In this document: in pieces, positions 37,135 to 40,074 of the stretch
How positions within the stretch are numbered: the first letter of the stretch is position 1
How the letters are laid out: every line of letters begins with the position of its first letter
Virus record (IMG/VR): IMGVR_UViG_3300029743_000013
Location: 1 to 40,074 of that record
DNA length: 40,074 nucleotides
Strand: one strand, 5' to 3'
Source of the DNA: a virus
Notes under the pieces: generated by a model
The model's input: the letters and a program-made list of their open reading frames with translations, nothing else
What the model was told of the DNA's origin: nothing
Database searches by the model: none
Made by a program: the position numbers and the translations under genes

Positions 37135-37413
37135 TCATAAATAACTTTTTCCGAACTCGCGGCGGAAGTCCTCCTCCGTCCAGCCCTGCTCCTCCATTGC
37201 CTTGAGCTGCCCGTACCGCCTCAGACGCCGCATCTGGTCGCCGTTCTTGTGTACCGCGCCGCGCCCGTTCCGGTGGCAGCGATTGCCGCACAGGTACACC
37301 ACAAGACCGTACTTCTCGCTCTTCTTACGGTTTGCGCCGCCGAGAATGTGGTGGCGCTCCAGCGGGTCACTTGGGTCGTTCCGCCCGCACAAAAAGCATC
37401 GCTTGTCGTTCAT
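37135..37413 (-). CDS. small Cys/His (HNH-like/zinc-finger) protein
   Basis: ATG 37413 in an ATGA overlap. CFLCG..LERHHILGG..LCGNRCH. Confidence 0.65.
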   Translation of the reverse strand: MNDKRCFLCGRNDPSDPLERHHILGGANRKKSEKYGLVVYLCGNRCHRNGRGAVHKNGDQMRRLRRYGQLKAMEEQGWTEEDFRREFGKSYL

Positions 37414-37949
37414 ACGCTCACCTCTCCCCATCGGCTTACAAGGGCATCCAGCTCTCGCGGCGTCATGGTCTCGATGCCGACATCCCGGCAGTCCTGCACG
37501 ATGGCGTCTATCAGCCGCGCCATCTGCTCCGTGTCGTATACGGAGCTGCCGTACCAGACGGTCACGTTCACGCAGCCCTTGATTTTGCTGGGGCCGGTAT
37601 CGGTCATCCAGCCGATACCGTTCCGTTCCCAGCTCCGGCAGAACGCCTCCGCTGCCTTTTCCCGCAGGCACAGTACCTCGCTGACGCCGCCGATGCTCTG
37701 TATCTCCTGCCGGTATACCTTTTCTCTCGCAACGCCGTAGTGCGCCGCCAGCTTGTCCAGCAGCACCCACGCATACCCGTTGGCATCCAGGCTCCGCCCT
37801 TTGCCCTTGATGGTGGCGGTGTACTCCTTGCCCGGCTTCAGCGCATCACAGACCTCCCTCGCCGCCTCCGGCGACTTCACCCGCAGGCAGAGCCACGCAC
37901 CCTCGCTGTCCTGCGACCAACGCGCCGCGTCAACCGTTATCTGCCGCAT
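37410..37949 (-). CDS. NinB/Orf-like recombination mediator
   Basis: KGKGRSLDANGYAWVLLDKLA and the C-terminal ..LIDAIVQDCRDVGIETMTPRELDALVSRWG parallel lambda NinB (RSLDQNRKLWACLGDVS ... WKARWG) as I remember it. Confidence 0.6.
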   Translation of the reverse strand: MRQITVDAARWSQDSEGAWLCLRVKSPEAAREVCDALKPGKEYTATIKGKGRSLDANGYAWVLLDKLAAHYGVAREKVYRQEIQSIGGVSEVLCLREKAAEAFCRSWERNGIGWMTDTGPSKIKGCVNVTVWYGSSVYDTEQMARLIDAIVQDCRDVGIETMTPRELDALVSRWGEVSV

Positions 37950-38547
37950 GGTTGTTCTCCGCTCTCATGCAGCCCCAGCAGAGCCGCTTGCCGTACTTCT
38001 TTACCGCGTTCTCTACGATCTCGTTGGTGGGATACACACGATCCCCGCACTTTACCGCCTTGATGGGCAGTCCGCAGCACTCACACAGCACCGGCGCCTC
38101 CTGCTTGCTCTCCGGCTTGTCATACTTGCTCTTGTCCGCGTCCCAATATACGTCCGCGCCAAATCCAAGCGCCTTACATGCCACAGAGATAGCGTCCGTC
38201 AGCGCCATCTTGAAGCACTCGTCGGAGGTATAAGGGCCGTTCTTCTCCTTAGCGATAAACGCACTTCCGCCCGTTCCGGGGATCGCGTCAGACCACACGC
38301 CGTCGGCCTTTACAAACAGGTCAATGTCCAGAAATGCGGCTACTTCGCCGTTCGCACCCTGCTCAAGCCGCTTGTCAGTGATGACGTATTTCCATCCAAA
38401 GCCGCAGGGGCCGAACTGCTCCGTCAGGGTTTTCAGCCGCCACATGGGGTTGATGTCCGTCTTGCCCTTCAAACGGCCTGTCCCGATCTGCCTTTTGGCG
38501 ATGTCAGGCACGCTTCGCACCGCGTTATAGATAGTCAGGTTCTCCAT
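37930..38547 (-). CDS. Rad52/Sak-like single-strand annealing protein with C-terminal zinc ribbon
   Basis: NPMWRLKTLTEQFGPCGFGW...ALTDAISVACKALGFGADVY. ATG 38547. Confidence 0.7.
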   Translation of the reverse strand: MENLTIYNAVRSVPDIAKRQIGTGRLKGKTDINPMWRLKTLTEQFGPCGFGWKYVITDKRLEQGANGEVAAFLDIDLFVKADGVWSDAIPGTGGSAFIAKEKNGPYTSDECFKMALTDAISVACKALGFGADVYWDADKSKYDKPESKQEAPVLCECCGLPIKAVKCGDRVYPTNEIVENAVKKYGKRLCWGCMRAENNHAADNG

Positions 38548-39038
38548 CACTTCACCCCCATGTTCGACCGCTCACACAGCTCCGCACCGGTCACGGCCAT
38601 GCCGGACTTGAGCAGCGGCGCAATGTCCGTCTTGCTCACCGTCGGCTGGGCATAGGTGATCTTGCCGTCGTACCCGTTGTCCATGCACCACTGCACCACC
38701 GCGTCCATGTCGGTGATCTCCACCGCCGTGCTCTTGCAGTATGTCACGGCACACTTGGCCGTCTGGAATGCCGCGCCGCCCAGCGCCTTCTCTGCGTAGT
38801 CCAGCAGCTTCTCCCGCTTGCGCTCCAGCTCCTTTCGCCGCTCGGCAAGCTCCTTCTCCTCCTCGCGGATGGCCTTTGCCTCCGCCGCCAGATTCTTTGT
38901 CCAGCAAAGTACGCCCTCGATCTTGGCGTCCCGCGCCATTTGCAGCGCCTCGAACGCATCAAAATCCAGCACCTCGCCGGTTTCCTGGTCGATCAGGCTC
39001 TCCAGTTCCCGGTCGATGTGATACAAACTCATACTCAT
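38547..39038 (-). CDS. Siphovirus Gp157-like protein
   Basis: ATG 39038 after GGGAGGAAC. MSMSLYHIDRELESLIDQETGEVLDFDAFEALQMARDAKIEGV... Adjacent to the annealase. Confidence 0.65.
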   Translation of the reverse strand: MSMSLYHIDRELESLIDQETGEVLDFDAFEALQMARDAKIEGVLCWTKNLAAEAKAIREEEKELAERRKELERKREKLLDYAEKALGGAAFQTAKCAVTYCKSTAVEITDMDAVVQWCMDNGYDGKITYAQPTVSKTDIAPLLKSGMAVTGAELCERSNMGVK

Positions 39039-39214
39039 TTCTGTTCCTCCCATGCATCCACCGTCTCAATGCAAAACTCGCACCCCACGATGACGCCGTC
39101 CTTGTTCTTGTAGTAGGTGTCCGTCTCCTCCCCGCACACGGGGCAGACGGGCAGATCGTAGTCCTTCGGCTCTAAGGGCCGCTCCGGTTCCCAATACTGC
39201 ATCACGCTTCTCAT
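39035..39214 (-). CDS. 59-aa zinc-ribbon protein
   Basis: ATGA overlaps at both ends. CPVCG...CEFC. Confidence 0.55.
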   Translation of the reverse strand: MRSVMQYWEPERPLEPKDYDLPVCPVCGEETDTYYKNKDGVIVGCEFCIETVDAWEEQK

Positions 39215-39729
39215 ACCGGCCGACCCGCCGCTTTCAGCACGTCCCGCATCGGCTTTCTGGACTTGAGGATGGACATGGCCCGCGCCGTGTCCCGCCTGTA
39301 CTGCCGGTACAGGTCTCCCAGCTCCTCCGTCTGGTAATATCCCTCGCCGTCGTTGCAGATCATCACGCCCTGCCTCTTGGCTTCGCTGACGGCCTTTCGC
39401 ATCATCCGGTCAGAGGTCTGCATCGCCGCCGCCAGCTCCGCACGGCTGATGGCGTTTCGCCGCCCGTGGGGGATCAGCGCCGCAATGCGCTCCGTTTCCG
39501 CCGTCCGCTGGGGGATGTCGGCCTTGTCCTCGTCGCCGTACAGATATGCCCGGCTGGTACGCAGTGCCGCCTCCAGCGCCGTCATGACCTCCTCCGTGGG
39601 CAGACACACGCCGTTTTCAAACCGGCTCACCATGCAGGTGTCGATACGGGGATCCACCAGCTTCAACACACCGCTGACCGCCTCCTGCGTCAGCCCCAGC
39701 TCCAGCCGCCGTTCCTTCAATCGGTTCAT
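39211..39729 (-). CDS. HTH (XRE) plus winged-helix-like early regulator
   Basis: ATG 39729 after GGAGGTG. MNRLKERRLELGLTQEAVSGVL... Confidence 0.7.
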   Translation of the reverse strand: MNRLKERRLELGLTQEAVSGVLKLVDPRIDTCMVSRFENGVCLPTEEVMTALEAALRTSRAYLYGDEDKADIPQRTAETERIAALIPHGRRNAISRAELAAAMQTSDRMMRKAVSEAKRQGVMICNDGEGYYQTEELGDLYRQYRRDTARAMSILKSRKPMRDVLKAAGRPV

Positions 39730-40074
39730 TACTGCACCTCCACCCATTCCCCGTTCTTAACGGTGTACCACACGCCGGGTTTCAGCGTTTCACCATCCAC
39801 AATGGCGGACAGAATGGAGGTGATATCGCCATTGGCATTTCGCTCAACGCAGACAACGGCGTTTCCAATCTCTCCCATTACGCGCCCATAAAAACCAGTA
39901 GCCATAGCCACACACCCTTTTCCGGTGGCGGATGCTGCGCCACTCTCGCCGGTGGCGGATGCTGCGCCCATCCAGCCGGTGGCGGATGCTGCGCCACTCT
40001 CGCCGGTGGCGGATGCTGCGCCCATCCAGCCGGTGGCGGATGCTGCGCCACTCTCGCCGGTGGCGGATGCTGCG
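39729..40074 (-). CDS. C-terminal part of the wrap-around repeat protein
   Basis: Open to the window end. ...GAASATGESGAASATGWM... then GKGCVAMATGFYGRVMGEIGNAVVCVERNANGDITSILSAIVDGETLKPGVWYTVKNGEWVEVQ. Confidence 0.8.
   Translation of the reverse strand, partial: AASATGESGAASATGWMGAASATGESGAASATGWMGAASATGESGAASATGKGCVAMATGFYGRVMGEIGNAVVCVERNANGDITSILSAIVDGETLKPGVWYTVKNGEWVEVQ
39926..40074. repeat. 27-nt coding tandem repeat, 5 units (A-B-A-B-A) plus a 14-nt partial unit
   Basis: Units start at 39926, 39953, 39980, 40007 and 40034. 39980-40074 is identical to 1-95. Confidence 0.95.

Noticed and set aside
39926-40074. CRISPR array at the window ends
   Set aside because: The 27-nt units are contiguous with no spacers, lie inside an open reading frame, and no cas genes are present.
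1-40074. Diversity-generating retroelement as the source of the repeats; also tRNA, rRNA and tmRNA genes
   Set aside because: There is no reverse transcriptase and no template/variable repeat pair. No cloverleaf-like or T-loop (GGTTCGAAT-type) sequence was seen in any intergenic gap.

Overview
The window reads as one complete, gene-dense temperate siphovirus-type phage genome from a high-GC Firmicutes/Clostridia-like host (host assignment is inference). No host flank is visible. The first 95 nt equal the last 95 nt, and both ends lie inside one coding 27-nt tandem repeat. The sequence is therefore circular or terminally redundant, and one gene wraps the junction.

Layout:
- Plus strand 2431-5641 is the lysogeny block: CI-like HTH, lipoprotein, membrane-anchored HTH, large serine integrase.
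- A 3-gene plus-strand cassette sits at 27276-28453. Everything else is on the minus strand, tightly coupled by ATGA/TGATG overlaps.
- Early, recombination and replication genes run 1775->1 and 40074->28564: Cro-like HTH, 3D-domain protein, Gp157-like, Rad52-like annealase, NinB-like, SSB, replisome organiser with phased iterons, G39P-like loader, DUF1064-like, PAPS-reductase-like, Lar-like.
- Then come a ParB-methyltransferase fusion, terS, terL, an SPP1-like portal, a MuF head protein with a toxin-like C-terminus, scaffold, capsid, neck proteins and major tail.
- Then the G/G-T chaperone (-1 frame extension), tape measure, Dit, Tal, BppU-type fibre, XhlA-like protein, holin and amidase.
- Last are a sigma-region-4-like regulator and an 8-gene accessory cluster.

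Most worth a second look:
1. The unusually long (~650 bp) non-coding lysis/lysogeny switch (1776-2430). It has an 18-bp perfect inverted repeat bracketing 393 bp, a consensus promoter driving a hairpin-rich ~375-nt RNA antisense to the early leader, and face-to-face promoters.
2. The self-contained plus-strand cassette 27192-28491 (operator-bearing promoter, acidic protein, 4x zinc-ribbon protein, HTH protein, terminator).
3. The post-lysis accessory cluster of low-complexity Gln/Lys/Gly/Cys-rich proteins with a Cys-His-Asp enzyme-like protein.
4. The MuF C-terminal PD-(D/E)xK-like module with an antisense promoter/sRNA candidate beside it.

All family names are from memory and sequence motifs. 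No database search was possible.
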